The position numbers were made by a program, and so were the translations under genes. Under the pieces are notes generated by a model. It was not told the origin of the DNA. It ran no database searches and worked only from the letters and a program-made list of their open reading frames with translations. This document shows, piece by piece, positions 1 through 9,184 of a stretch of 50,303 nt of DNA. Each line of letters begins with the position of its first letter. The first letter of the stretch is position 1. The stretch is from Thermoproteota archaeon (GTDB lineage: Archaea; Korarchaeota; Korarchaeia; Korarchaeales; Korarchaeaceae): the NCBI GenBank assembly GCA_027491735.1, contig JAOZGP010000028.1:1-50303 (forward strand). Reading direction: 5' to 3'.

Positions 1-144
1 CTGTATCGGCATATCTTCTCTCAACTTCCCTATCAATCTCCCGATTTCCCTTTTGAGTTCTTTAAGACTCAGTCCATCTTTTTTGACGAAGATGCTGTCC
101 GTATCACCATAAAGAACTTTAAATCCCTGATCCTCGGCAATCTT
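1..144 (-). pseudogene. Family-B DNA polymerase fragment (motif C region), running off the left window edge
   Basis: Manual minus-strand translation gives KIAEDQGFKVLYGDTDSIFVKKDGLSLKELKREIGRLIGKLREDMPIQ. YGDTDS (94-111) is PolB catalytic motif C. The upstream motifs A/B and the exonuclease domain are absent. Confidence 0.8.
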
Positions 145-800
145 TGGTCTCCCATCCCTTACTCTTGCCTTCTCAGCGGTTATCAGTTTCTCGGCAATCA
201 GCCTATTAACATATTCCTGAAAGCTTCTCCTTGAAAGTGGCTTTATACCTTCCTTTCTGCATTCTTTAACGTATTCTTCCCAGAGATCACCGGATAGAAT
301 CTCTCCATGCCTTTCTACTATACTATAAATCCTCCTGTGATCTGCTGTGAGTCTGTAGAGAAGGGATAACTCCTCAGCCCTTCTTGCATCTCTCCAAGCC
401 CCGACAACATGCTCTTCCGTGATTCTGTTATCAGCATGAATTGCTGCATTCCTGAGTGTTCTTATCGCAATTCTTGCATTTCCCTCCAACAACTCCGCAA
501 TTCTCTCAAGAACACTTTCATCCCGTGAGCCCGGAATCAGCCCGTGTTCCGATCTCTGCCTGAGAATGTGGAGAATGTCTTAGAATGAGTAAGATCTGAA
601 CTCAATTATATGTGGAGAGAGTTTCTCGAAGAGCCTGTATTTCAGGGACAGCATCTCCATTCTTGTATAGGTTATGAAAATAATTCCCATTCTCAGGGTG
701 TAGAGTGATTGTATGATTTTTGCCTCTCATTCGGGGTAGTTTATCAATTTCATCGAGAACCAGAACGAATGGATTTGATTCAGTGATTCTCATAAGTCTG
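145..800 (-). pseudogene. cdc6: Cdc6/Orc1-family replication initiator pseudogene (C-terminal AAA+ half plus winged helix)
   Basis: Walker-B-like FVLVLDEIDKL lies in the 602..844 frame. After a frameshift near 720 the sequence reads LYTLRMGIIFIT..LSPHIIEFRSYSF*DILHILRQR (TAA at 580-582), then GNARIAIRTLRNAA (GDAR-like sensor 2) and wHTH-like GDLWEEYVKECRKEGIKPLSRRSFQEYVNRL. No Walker A was found. Confidence 0.8.
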
Positions 801-822
801 CTGAGGGAGAAAGAGGAGAAGA

Positions 823-1100
823 GTGTTGAAAGTTGATGAGTCAAAGAGATTTCCTTGGCTTATCCTTAGCTCTAAATACGGTTTTATCGATCCATATCAT
901 CCGAAAAAACCATGATATTCATTTTATTAGGAATCCAGAGCAATTTCCGAAGAAACGGTACTCAGGCAGATCCTCCATCAAGAGTTTGATTGATTTAAAA
1001 TTGCTGACTTTGGTAGAGTTTATTTCGTTGGATCTGAGGATTACTTCAAGAAGCTCAAATCAATATTTATGAGTAGTGGAAGTTTATGGGTGTTGGCAAC
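823..1100 (+). pseudogene. DUF6884-like protein fragment (frameshifted)
   Basis: The frame from GTG 823 reads VLKVDESKRFPWLILSSKYGFIDPYHP, which resembles the family W.ILSAKYG..P motif. Protein-like text continues in shifted frames (RVYFVGSEDYFKKLK) with an internal stop. Confidence 0.5.
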
Positions 1101-1174
1101 ATCATCCTCTTCAAAGCGGATCTGATAAATCGAGGAGAAGCTGACAGTTAAGATGTTTTATGAGGGAATTCGCG

Positions 1175-1669
1175 ATGAGTAATGTGGCCCGCAGATACCG
1201 ATTGACCTCCAAGGAGAGCAAGAAGATAATCGAGGAGATCTCAGAAAGAATTCCTACGATGGATAAGATTTTCACAAAGAAAAAGATCTCTTTGGAGGTA
1301 ATCGATCTTGGGAGTGCACAGCTCTACCTGTACGAAGGCATCCCCGTTCTCGTGAGAAGGGAGGATTTCCTCGTTCCTTTCATAGAGAGGGTAATTGATG
1401 GCAGCGTAAAACTGCCCAGAGTTGTGATTGACCTGGGAGCTGTTAAGTTCATAGTTAAGGGTGCGGATGTCATGGGTCCAGGAATTGTGGAAGTAGATGA
1501 GATCCCAGAGAACAAAATCGTCTCCGTTGTGGACGAGAAGTACAAGCACCCCATAGCTGTGGGTATAGCCCTGCGGGACTCGAGGAGGATTAAAAACAGA
1601 GGAAGATCTGTAAAAAACATACATCATGTGAACGATAAGATTTGGAAATTTATCAAATCAGGGCGATGA
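1175..1669 (+). CDS. PUA-domain RNA-binding protein (DUF1947/MCT-1-like)
   Basis: VIDLGAVKFIVKGADVMGPGI and IHHVNDKIW PUA signatures. Start could be 1160. Confidence 0.85.
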   Translation: MSNVARRYRLTSKESKKIIEEISERIPTMDKIFTKKKISLEVIDLGSAQLYLYEGIPVLVRREDFLVPFIERVIDGSVKLPRVVIDLGAVKFIVKGADVMGPGIVEVDEIPENKIVSVVDEKYKHPIAVGIALRDSRRIKNRGRSVKNIHHVNDKIWKFIKSGR

Positions 1670-1756
1670 GAGGCCCGGGAACACCGGCCATCGACACGCC
1701 TTTTAAGTTAATTTTTTTAAAAAAGATCAGACAAGTTCTAGCCATGAGGGGTTCCC

Positions 1757-3139
1757 ATGAGCAGAAAGTCTCATCCGCTAGATCCACTGTTTCACCCTAA
1801 ATCGGTGGTTATAGTCGGAGCCTCAAAGACACCGGGTAAAATAGGTCATGCTCTTCTGACGAACGTCCTCAAATACGGATTTAAGGGGCCCGTTTACCCA
1901 GTAAATCCCAAGTATGAGGAGATAGAGGATTTGAAGTGTTATCCCACTGTGCTGGACATACCAGGAGAGATAGATCTTGTTGTAGTGGCGATACCAGCGG
2001 AGAACGTTCCTAAGGTCATAGGGGAGATAGGGGCCAAAGGAGGAAAGGTAGCTGTCGTGATCTCGAGCGGTTTTAAAGAGGTCGGGAGGGACGACCTGGA
2101 GAAGGAGCTTCTTGAGTACGGAAGGAGGTATGGAGTGAGAATCCTCGGGCCAAACATATTCGGTGTGGCTTACACACCCAAGAGGCTGAACGCTACATTC
2201 GGTCCAACTGAGGTCAGAGAGGGATCTATAGCTTTCATAACCCAATCAGGAGCCCTTGGAATAGCTTTAATGGGATGGACGATTGTGGAGAAGATAGGTC
2301 TCTCAGCCCTCATAAGCGTGGGTAACAAGAGCGATATAGATGACGCCGATCTTCTCGAGTGGCTCAAGGACGACCCGCACACCAAGGTTGTGTTGGTATA
2401 CATGGAGGGTGTCAAGGACGGGCGAAAATTTCTGAAGGTCGCCAGGGAGGTGTCCAAGAAGAAGCCAATAGTTGTCATAAAGGCTGGAAGAACTGCTAGA
2501 GGGATGAAGGCAGTATCATCTCACACAGGATCATTGGCAGGCATGGATAGCGTTTATAGCGCTGCTTTCGAGCAGGCAGGAATTCTACGAGCTGATAATG
2601 TGGAGGAAGCCTTCGACTGGGCTGTCCTATTCTCAACAGGGAAGGTCCCATTGGGAGAGGAAACTGTGATAATAACCAACGGGGGAGGGGTCGGTGTTCT
2701 AGCTACCGATGCCTGTGAGGTCAACAGGATCAAACTTTTAGATCCCCCAGAAGACCTAAGAGAGGCCTTCTCCTCATACATGCCTCCCTTTGGCTCCGCT
2801 AGAAATCCTGTCGACATAACCGGGCAGGCCACTCATGTCGAGTTTGAAGGAGCTGTGGAATCAGCGATAAAGCATGACTCCGTCAAGAACATAATAGTTC
2901 TCTACTGTCAGACGGCTGTCTCAGATCCAATAAAGTTAGCTGAGGTTCTCGTCGAGCAAAACAGGTCCACGGAGAAGCCCATGGTTGCTTCCTTCATAGG
3001 AGGAGAGGAAGTGGCTGAGGCCATGGAAATAATGAGAGAGAGAGAATTTCCAGCCTATCCAACTCCTGAGAGGGCCGTTAAGGCTTTGGCGGCCATGCTC
3101 AGGTGGGGAAGAAGGAGAAAGCTTCTAGATCGAGTTTGA
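1757..3139 (+). CDS. acdA: ADP-forming acetyl-/acyl-CoA synthetase alpha subunit
   Basis: CoA-binding IVGAS..PGKIG, GPNIFG, QSGALG, phospho-His motif SHTGSLAG, TNGGG.GV, NPVD. Confidence 0.92.
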   Translation: MSRKSHPLDPLFHPKSVVIVGASKTPGKIGHALLTNVLKYGFKGPVYPVNPKYEEIEDLKCYPTVLDIPGEIDLVVVAIPAENVPKVIGEIGAKGGKVAVVISSGFKEVGRDDLEKELLEYGRRYGVRILGPNIFGVAYTPKRLNATFGPTEVREGSIAFITQSGALGIALMGWTIVEKIGLSALISVGNKSDIDDADLLEWLKDDPHTKVVLVYMEGVKDGRKFLKVAREVSKKKPIVVIKAGRTARGMKAVSSHTGSLAGMDSVYSAAFEQAGILRADNVEEAFDWAVLFSTGKVPLGEETVIITNGGGVGVLATDACEVNRIKLLDPPEDLREAFSSYMPPFGSARNPVDITGQATHVEFEGAVESAIKHDSVKNIIVLYCQTAVSDPIKLAEVLVEQNRSTEKPMVASFIGGEEVAEAMEIMREREFPAYPTPERAVKALAAMLRWGRRRKLLDRV

Positions 3140-3203
3140 CTACCTCCCTGCACGGACCGATCACAATTTATTTTATCCCGGCATAACCCGCTCGGTGAAG
3201 CAC

Positions 3204-5105
3204 ATGAGAGAAAATCCTTTACTATCTCCTCCAGGGAGCAGAGTCCTCCTTCTCGGCAACGAAGCCATCGCTCGAGGCTCTTTGGAGGCTGGTGTCGACG
3301 TTGTGTCAGCATATCCGGGAACCCCGAGCACTGAGATAGGTGAGGCCATTGCTTCGATAGCTGAGAAGTTGGGGATTTATTTTGACTGGGCTGCTAATGA
3401 AAAGGTGGCTACTGAAATAGCTGTGGCGGCGTCTTGGTCGGGACTGAGATCTCTCACGATGATGAAGCACGTTGGGGTGAATGTAGCAGCAGACACGCTC
3501 TTCACGCTCACGTACTCCGGGGTGAGGGGTGGCATGGTGGTGGTCGCTGCTGACGACCCTCAAGCTCATAGCAGCCAGAACGAGCAAGACAGTCGTCATT
3601 ATGCTCTAGCAGCTGAGATGCCGATGTTAGAGCCCTCAACTCCTCAAGAAGCAAAGGACTTCGTTAAGCGTGCTTTTGATCTCTCAGAGGAGTTTAGACT
3701 TCCGTTTTTGATAAGGAGTACGACCAGACTCAGTCATCAAAGGGGCATGGTTCTTCTAGGGGAAGTTCTTCCAAACAGGAAGAAGGGAAGGTTTGTTGAG
3801 GATGAGCCATACAGATATATACAGGTGGGAAGAATCGCCATCAGACATCATAAAGAGTTAAACGACAAAATAGAACGTATCAGGAGGGAGGTTTCCGAGG
3901 GCGAAGACGTAAACATGTTGGAGGGTGAGGGTTCCAGTGTAGGCGTTGTGGCCTCAGGCGTCTGCTACGCACATGCTGTCGAGGCGATCCGTAAGCTGGG
4001 CATTAAGGTTAAGGTCATGAAGATGGGCATGAGCTATCCGTTCCCTGAGGAAAAATTCTCTGAATTTGTAAGGGATCTCGACACCCTGATCGTCGTTGAG
4101 GAACCTGATTCCTTCGTAGAACTCCATGCAAGAGCAGTGGCCAAGGAGGTTAATCCATCTCTCAGAATAGTGGGAAAGAAAAGCGGACATTTCCCAAGTG
4201 TTGGGGAGTACTCCCTCGGTCTGGTGATCAAGGGCATGGCCACCGCTCTAGGGCTAAATTACAAGGTTCCCGACACCGAGATCATGGATAAAGTCTCCTC
4301 AAGGGCTCCTCCGAGAAATCCGACACTCTGTCCAGGATGTCCTCATAGGTCCACTGGATATGCCCTGAAGAGGGTTTTGGGTGGGAAGGACGCCGTCATA
4401 TTGGGGGATATAGGATGTTACGCTCTCCTCTTCGAGAAGCCTTTCAGTCTGGCCAAGGTATCTCATGCAATGGGTTGCTCCATTGGATTCGCCAATGGTT
4501 TCAGCATCTCAACAGATCAACCCGTCGTGGCTCTGATAGGTGACTCAACGTTCTTCCACGCTGGAGTACCAGCCCTTCTAGATGCCGTGCATCACAATCG
4601 GAGGATGGTGGTGATTATATTAGATAATCGAATAACTGCCATGACTGGTCACCAGCCACATCCAGGTGTCTCCTATACGGCCACGGGAACTCCTGCTAAG
4701 GCCATAGATATAGAGAAGTTCGTGAGAGGAATGGGTGTGGAGGACGTCTACGTCGTGGATCCCTACGACCATGAGAAAATGGAGGCTGTTCTGAGGGAAT
4801 GCCTCAATAAGGAAGGTCTATCTGTCATAATAGCCCGTAGAGAGTGCGCTCTGCTCACCGTGCGCAGGGTGAGGAGAAGCAAGGGTAGGATAGTATCGTA
4901 CAGAGTTGATCCTGAGAAATGCAGACATTGTAGAGTTTGCATAACGATGTTCGGCTGTCCAGCCTTGAAGGACACCGGAGAGAAGGTCGAGATCGATCCG
5001 TCCATATGCTTCGGCTGCGGTGCTTGTGCGTCTGTATGTCCCTTCGAGGCCATACTGCCAACTGAGGGAGGTCTCAACTGGTTGAGAGATGGGCTGGGTG
5101 TGTGA
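3204..5105 (+). CDS. iorA: Indolepyruvate:ferredoxin oxidoreductase alpha subunit
   Basis: GNEAIARG, YPGTPSTEI, MKHVG, SSQNEQD, LCPGCPHR, GDIGC, TPP motif GDST..H, C-terminal 2x[4Fe-4S] ferredoxin. Start could be GTG 3195. Confidence 0.93.
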   Translation: MRENPLLSPPGSRVLLLGNEAIARGSLEAGVDVVSAYPGTPSTEIGEAIASIAEKLGIYFDWAANEKVATEIAVAASWSGLRSLTMMKHVGVNVAADTLFTLTYSGVRGGMVVVAADDPQAHSSQNEQDSRHYALAAEMPMLEPSTPQEAKDFVKRAFDLSEEFRLPFLIRSTTRLSHQRGMVLLGEVLPNRKKGRFVEDEPYRYIQVGRIAIRHHKELNDKIERIRREVSEGEDVNMLEGEGSSVGVVASGVCYAHAVEAIRKLGIKVKVMKMGMSYPFPEEKFSEFVRDLDTLIVVEEPDSFVELHARAVAKEVNPSLRIVGKKSGHFPSVGEYSLGLVIKGMATALGLNYKVPDTEIMDKVSSRAPPRNPTLCPGCPHRSTGYALKRVLGGKDAVILGDIGCYALLFEKPFSLAKVSHAMGCSIGFANGFSISTDQPVVALIGDSTFFHAGVPALLDAVHHNRRMVVIILDNRITAMTGHQPHPGVSYTATGTPAKAIDIEKFVRGMGVEDVYVVDPYDHEKMEAVLRECLNKEGLSVIIARRECALLTVRRVRRSKGRIVSYRVDPEKCRHCRVCITMFGCPALKDTGEKVEIDPSICFGCGACASVCPFEAILPTEGGLNWLRDGLGV

Positions 5106-5106
5106 G

Positions 5107-5709
5107 ATGGTGGAGGAGTTGAACGTCATCATAGCAGGTGTAGGAGGTCAGGGGATTCTCTTCACAAGTCGTGTGATAGGGGAGGCTGCCCTTAGAAAGG
5201 GAATAAGGTATATACAGAGCGAGGTTCACGGTCTATCTCAGAGGTACGGATCAATACACACGGAGATCAGACTTGGGGAGAAGGTCATGAGCCCCCTGAT
5301 AATGGAGGGAACTCTTGACCTCATGATGGCTCTGGAGCCCCTTGAGGCATTGAGACGAGTTAGGTACATGTGTAAAAAGACTGTGGTCGTAATGAACGAT
5401 CATGTCATACCACCTGTGATCTCGTACTTGGAGAAGATGGAGGTTCCAGATCTACAGGAGATCATATATCTTCTGAGGAAGGTTGGTGTCAAGAAGATCT
5501 ACCTCGTGAGTGCCACGAAGTTGGCAATGAAGGCTGGCGATCCTGTCGTCGCGAACTCAGTCCTTCTAGGTGCTGCAGCCAAGGTCGGTGTTCTACCCTT
5601 CACAAAGGAAGAGCTTATGAGTTCGTTGAGCGACCTATCTCCGGAGAGGTTCAGGGAGATAAACCTGAGGGCATTTGACCTGGGCTACGAGAACGTATCT
5701 GAGATCTAA
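5107..5709 (+). CDS. iorB: Indolepyruvate:ferredoxin oxidoreductase beta subunit
   Basis: GVGGQG, SEVHGLSQRYGS, ALEPLEALR. ATG at 5107 lies just after the iorA stop. Confidence 0.92.
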   Translation: MVEELNVIIAGVGGQGILFTSRVIGEAALRKGIRYIQSEVHGLSQRYGSIHTEIRLGEKVMSPLIMEGTLDLMMALEPLEALRRVRYMCKKTVVVMNDHVIPPVISYLEKMEVPDLQEIIYLLRKVGVKKIYLVSATKLAMKAGDPVVANSVLLGAAAKVGVLPFTKEELMSSLSDLSPERFREINLRAFDLGYENVSEI

Positions 5710-5712
5710 TTT

Positions 5713-5719
5713 TTTATAT
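5713..5719 (+). promoter_or_regulatory. Putative TATA box of the ABCE1 gene
   Basis: TTTATAT about 32 nt upstream of ATG 5751. Confidence 0.4.
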
Positions 5720-5750
5720 CATCTTTCTCTTTTCTGGAGAGGAGCGGAAC

Positions 5751-7532
5751 ATGGGAGGCAGAAGGCTCGCTGTAATTGACAGGAATCGTTGCAACCCGAA
5801 AAAGTGTGGGCTTGAATGTATGAAGTATTGCCCTATGGTTAGGATGGGAAAAGATGCCGTCAAGGTTGAGGACGGCGAGCTCATCGTGGATGAGGAGCTC
5901 TGCTCAGGCTGCGGAATGTGTGTCAGAAAGTGTCCCTTTAAGGCCATCTCTGTGGTCAACCTGCCAGCTCCTGTGGAAGGAGAGGAGATACACAGATATG
6001 GCCCCAACGGATTTACGCTATACAGAATCCCCATCCTTAGGTTTGGAAACGTAGTTGGCCTTGTGGGACAGAACGGTGTTGGGAAATCCACAGCATTGAA
6101 GATATTATCTGGTGAGCTCAAACCCAACTTAGGAAGGGTGTATGATGAGATCAGCTGGGATGAGGTGGTCGACCGCTTCAGGGGTTCGGCTCTCGGGGAG
6201 TACTTTAAGAGATTAGTAGGAAAGGAGGTTAGGGTTATAAGAAAGCCAGAAAGAATAGATCTTTTGCCCAAAGTTATCAAGGGGAACGTAAGAGATCTGC
6301 TCAAGCACGCCGATGAGAGGGAAGTCTTCGATGAGGTGGTTGAGTCCCTGAAGCTGGAGAAGATCCTATCCAGAGATCTCTCCCAACTGAGTGGGGGCGA
6401 ACTTCAGCTTGTGGCAGTAGCGGCGGCCTATGAGAGGGATAGAGATGTCTATATCTTTGATGAACCATCAAACTATCTGGACGTCTGTCAGAGGATGAGG
6501 GTCTCCAAACTCATAAGAAGGCTTAGCAGAGCCGAGAGAGCGATTCTCGTTGTGGAGCATGACTTAGCGGTTATGGATTACATAAGTGATTATGTACATG
6601 TGATCTACGGTATTCCAGCTGTTTACGGTGTTGTGAGCCTTCCCCACTCGTCTAGAGAAGGGATAAACATACTTCTCGAAGGTTATCTCCCAGACGATAA
6701 TGTGAGGTTTAGAGAGGAGCCTCTGCTCTTCTCTGGAAGAACTATTCAGAGGAGGAAGAAAGAGGTTTCTAAGCTCGTTTACTACACCAAACTCATCAAG
6801 TCATTTGAGGGAAGCTTTATCTTGACAGTAGAGGAAGGGGATGTGGGAGAGGGAGAGGTTGTGGTGGCTGCTGGACCGAATGGTATAGGAAAGACCACCC
6901 TCGTCAAGATGCTAACAGGAGAGCTCGTACCCGACGAGGGGGATGTCTTCACAGCGGGTCTGCGGATCTCCTATAAGAAGCAGGAGCTCAGGAGAGATTA
7001 TGAGGGAAGTGTGAGGATGTTCTTAAGGGAGAAAATCCCCAAAGCCCTCAAATCAGAGTACTTCAACACTGAAGTAATGCGTAGATTGAGGATAGATTCC
7101 CTCATGGACAAAGAGCTGAAAAGCCTCAGCTCAGGAGAGCTTCAGAGAGTTATGATAACCGCTTGCCTCGGCAAGGAAGCTGACTTCTATGTATTAGATG
7201 AGCCAAGCGCTTTTCTCGATGTTGAGATGAGGATGGCCGCTGCGAAGGCCATAAGGAGGATTATGGAGGGTGAAAAGAAGGCTGCCTTTGTGGTTGAGCA
7301 CGATCTCATCATGATAGAGTGGTTAGCTGATAGGATAGTTCTCTTCAGAGGATCCCCTGGAGTGGAAGGGCACGCCTTTAGACCGATGAACATCAGGGAT
7401 GGAATGAATGAGTTCCTGAAGGAAGTAGACATCACATTCAGAAGGGATCCTGAGACCGGCAGACCTAGAGTAAACAAGCCTGGCTCCAAACTTGACGAAC
7501 TCGCTAGAAAGACCGGAAGGTATTACATGTAA
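5751..7532 (+). CDS. rli: Ribosome recycling ATPase ABCE1 (RLI)
   Basis: N-terminal Fe-S domain CNPKKC..C..CP / CSGCGMC..KCP, two ABC domains (GQNGVGKS, GPNGIGKT, LSGGELQ), C-terminal TFRRDPETGRPRVNK. Confidence 0.96.
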   Translation: MGGRRLAVIDRNRCNPKKCGLECMKYCPMVRMGKDAVKVEDGELIVDEELCSGCGMCVRKCPFKAISVVNLPAPVEGEEIHRYGPNGFTLYRIPILRFGNVVGLVGQNGVGKSTALKILSGELKPNLGRVYDEISWDEVVDRFRGSALGEYFKRLVGKEVRVIRKPERIDLLPKVIKGNVRDLLKHADEREVFDEVVESLKLEKILSRDLSQLSGGELQLVAVAAAYERDRDVYIFDEPSNYLDVCQRMRVSKLIRRLSRAERAILVVEHDLAVMDYISDYVHVIYGIPAVYGVVSLPHSSREGINILLEGYLPDDNVRFREEPLLFSGRTIQRRKKEVSKLVYYTKLIKSFEGSFILTVEEGDVGEGEVVVAAGPNGIGKTTLVKMLTGELVPDEGDVFTAGLRISYKKQELRRDYEGSVRMFLREKIPKALKSEYFNTEVMRRLRIDSLMDKELKSLSSGELQRVMITACLGKEADFYVLDEPSAFLDVEMRMAAAKAIRRIMEGEKKAAFVVEHDLIMIEWLADRIVLFRGSPGVEGHAFRPMNIRDGMNEFLKEVDITFRRDPETGRPRVNKPGSKLDELARKTGRYYM

Positions 7533-7548
7533 GCCGAGGTCGAGGAGG

Positions 7549-8250
7549 ATGTTTAGGGACTTGATAATGGTTCTCCGAGATCATGACTCCCTTTTCAGAG
7601 AGATGTTATTTGATGATAAGTTTAGGCAAGGAGTTCTCTCCCTGACAGTAACCACTTTCACGACATACATCCTCCTCGAGTTTATAAGATTGAGAATAAC
7701 CTGGATAGCATCCGAGAGCGTCAGGGTTCAGACGGTGGTGGCCTGGTCTCTCTGGATGTCCTCTATGTTCCTGACGAGCACCCCCCTGATCTGCTGTGGA
7801 GTAACCTTGTTCATCCTTGCTAGAGCTACGGGAGGGGGGAGGAAGAAGATCTTCTCGGGTATCAGTATATCAATGTTTCCAGTAGCTCTTGGTGAGATTT
7901 TAGCGCTCCCGTTGATCCTTCTATCGGGAGGAAAGCTTACGGAGGTGGAAGGCAATCTTTCTCTGAAGGAGACCCTCAAAATTGCCAGGAATCTGACTGA
8001 GAGCTTCTTTCGCCAGCCAACCTTCCTGATGGGGATGATAATTCTAACTATCTCGATCATCGGTGCGGTTTACTTGATCTCCTCCTTCTTGAGGATAGTT
8101 TATGAGGTACCCCTTATGGAGGGGATCCTCCTCGTTCTATGTTCTCTGGCAATCTCCGTTACCGTTGTGGGCGGTATATACACGCTGATGCTCAAGGGCT
8201 TTATCTATCCAGGGATACGGTCGTTCTGGAGTAGGTTTCACTTCACTTGA
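7549..8250 (+). CDS. Hypothetical multi-pass membrane protein (possibly Yip1-like)
   Basis: About five hydrophobic segments. ATG 7549 follows GAGGAGG just downstream of rli. Confidence 0.65.
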   Translation: MFRDLIMVLRDHDSLFREMLFDDKFRQGVLSLTVTTFTTYILLEFIRLRITWIASESVRVQTVVAWSLWMSSMFLTSTPLICCGVTLFILARATGGGRKKIFSGISISMFPVALGEILALPLILLSGGKLTEVEGNLSLKETLKIARNLTESFFRQPTFLMGMIILTISIIGAVYLISSFLRIVYEVPLMEGILLVLCSLAISVTVVGGIYTLMLKGFIYPGIRSFWSRFHFT

Positions 8251-9178
8251 AGGAGGCCCATATATCAGGAAGCAGCGTCTTCAGGACATTTAAGATAAGG
8301 TTTGCTAAACTCCTTATCTCCCATTGAGCATCTCTGGTGAGACGTAGCCTGAAGAAGTTTTCCAAGGATTCCCCTGAGGCTGTTACAGCAATCCTGGTTT
8401 TCACTCCCTGTGGAAGGACGAAGCGAGCGTCCTCCTGGGGAACACCACTCTTCACCAAGACCTGGTAGAGTGTAAGAGTCTTATCCAGGTGGGCCAAACA
8501 TTCGGCTTTCTCTTTGAGGGACGGAGGAATCACGAAACCGGAGCTCGGTGATATGTACCTTTGGCTCTGCTGAGTGAAGCTCATAGTTCTGTGTCTAACA
8601 AGCTGATGAGTGCATACCCTTGAGCAGCCCTCCACTACCAGAGTTATCGCACTATGCCTTCTCCTCGCTCCGGGTTCTATTTCTGGGCCAGGATCGAGCA
8701 AATTTATCACAAATATTCGTATGTTATTTGAGGAGTATTGTCTCACCTTGAGAGGGCTTGTTGTCCTGAGATCTGCCGATCCCTCGAACCGGTAGAGTCC
8801 GCTGAGGAAGGAGGAGCTCCTCAGAACTTCAACAACCAATTCCTTTAGATGTTTGTGTGGGCCCTCCAGTATTTCCATCAGGGTTCTGAAGTTCCCTGAC
8901 ACCATGATCTTATCGTTTAGGATCGTCCTCTCGAGAAATCTATACAGAAGGACTAGCTCCTCCGTTCTTCTGCTTCTTTCCATCACAGAGAAGAACCTAG
9001 CATGCTCGAAAACGCTCAGATGCCCCATCTTGTATAGAAAAGACAGCAAGGAGATCACCCTGTCGAAGTCGGAGAGCTCCTCGAGAAGATCTGAGATGGG
9101 CTTTCTGGATCGTGAAACTCTGGCACATAGAGCTATAGTCCTGTCCGGATCCCTGTATACTTTGCTCTCAATATTCAA
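8243..9178 (-). CDS. thyX: FAD-dependent thymidylate synthase
   Basis: GHLSVFEH, SRVCTHQLVRHR..SFTQQSQRY (RHRx7S motif), EDARFVLP, RL...AQWEIR. Confidence 0.92.
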   Translation of the reverse strand: MNIESKVYRDPDRTIALCARVSRSRKPISDLLEELSDFDRVISLLSFLYKMGHLSVFEHARFFSVMERSRRTEELVLLYRFLERTILNDKIMVSGNFRTLMEILEGPHKHLKELVVEVLRSSSFLSGLYRFEGSADLRTTSPLKVRQYSSNNIRIFVINLLDPGPEIEPGARRRHSAITLVVEGCSRVCTHQLVRHRTMSFTQQSQRYISPSSGFVIPPSLKEKAECLAHLDKTLTLYQVLVKSGVPQEDARFVLPQGVKTRIAVTASGESLENFFRLRLTRDAQWEIRSLANLILNVLKTLLPDIWASFK

Positions 9179-9184
9179 GTGAGG

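Noticed and set aside
602-1072. ORF-track calls 602..844 (-) and 833..1072 (+) as real genes
   Set aside because: They are partial frames of the frameshifted cdc6 and DUF6884-like pseudogenes.
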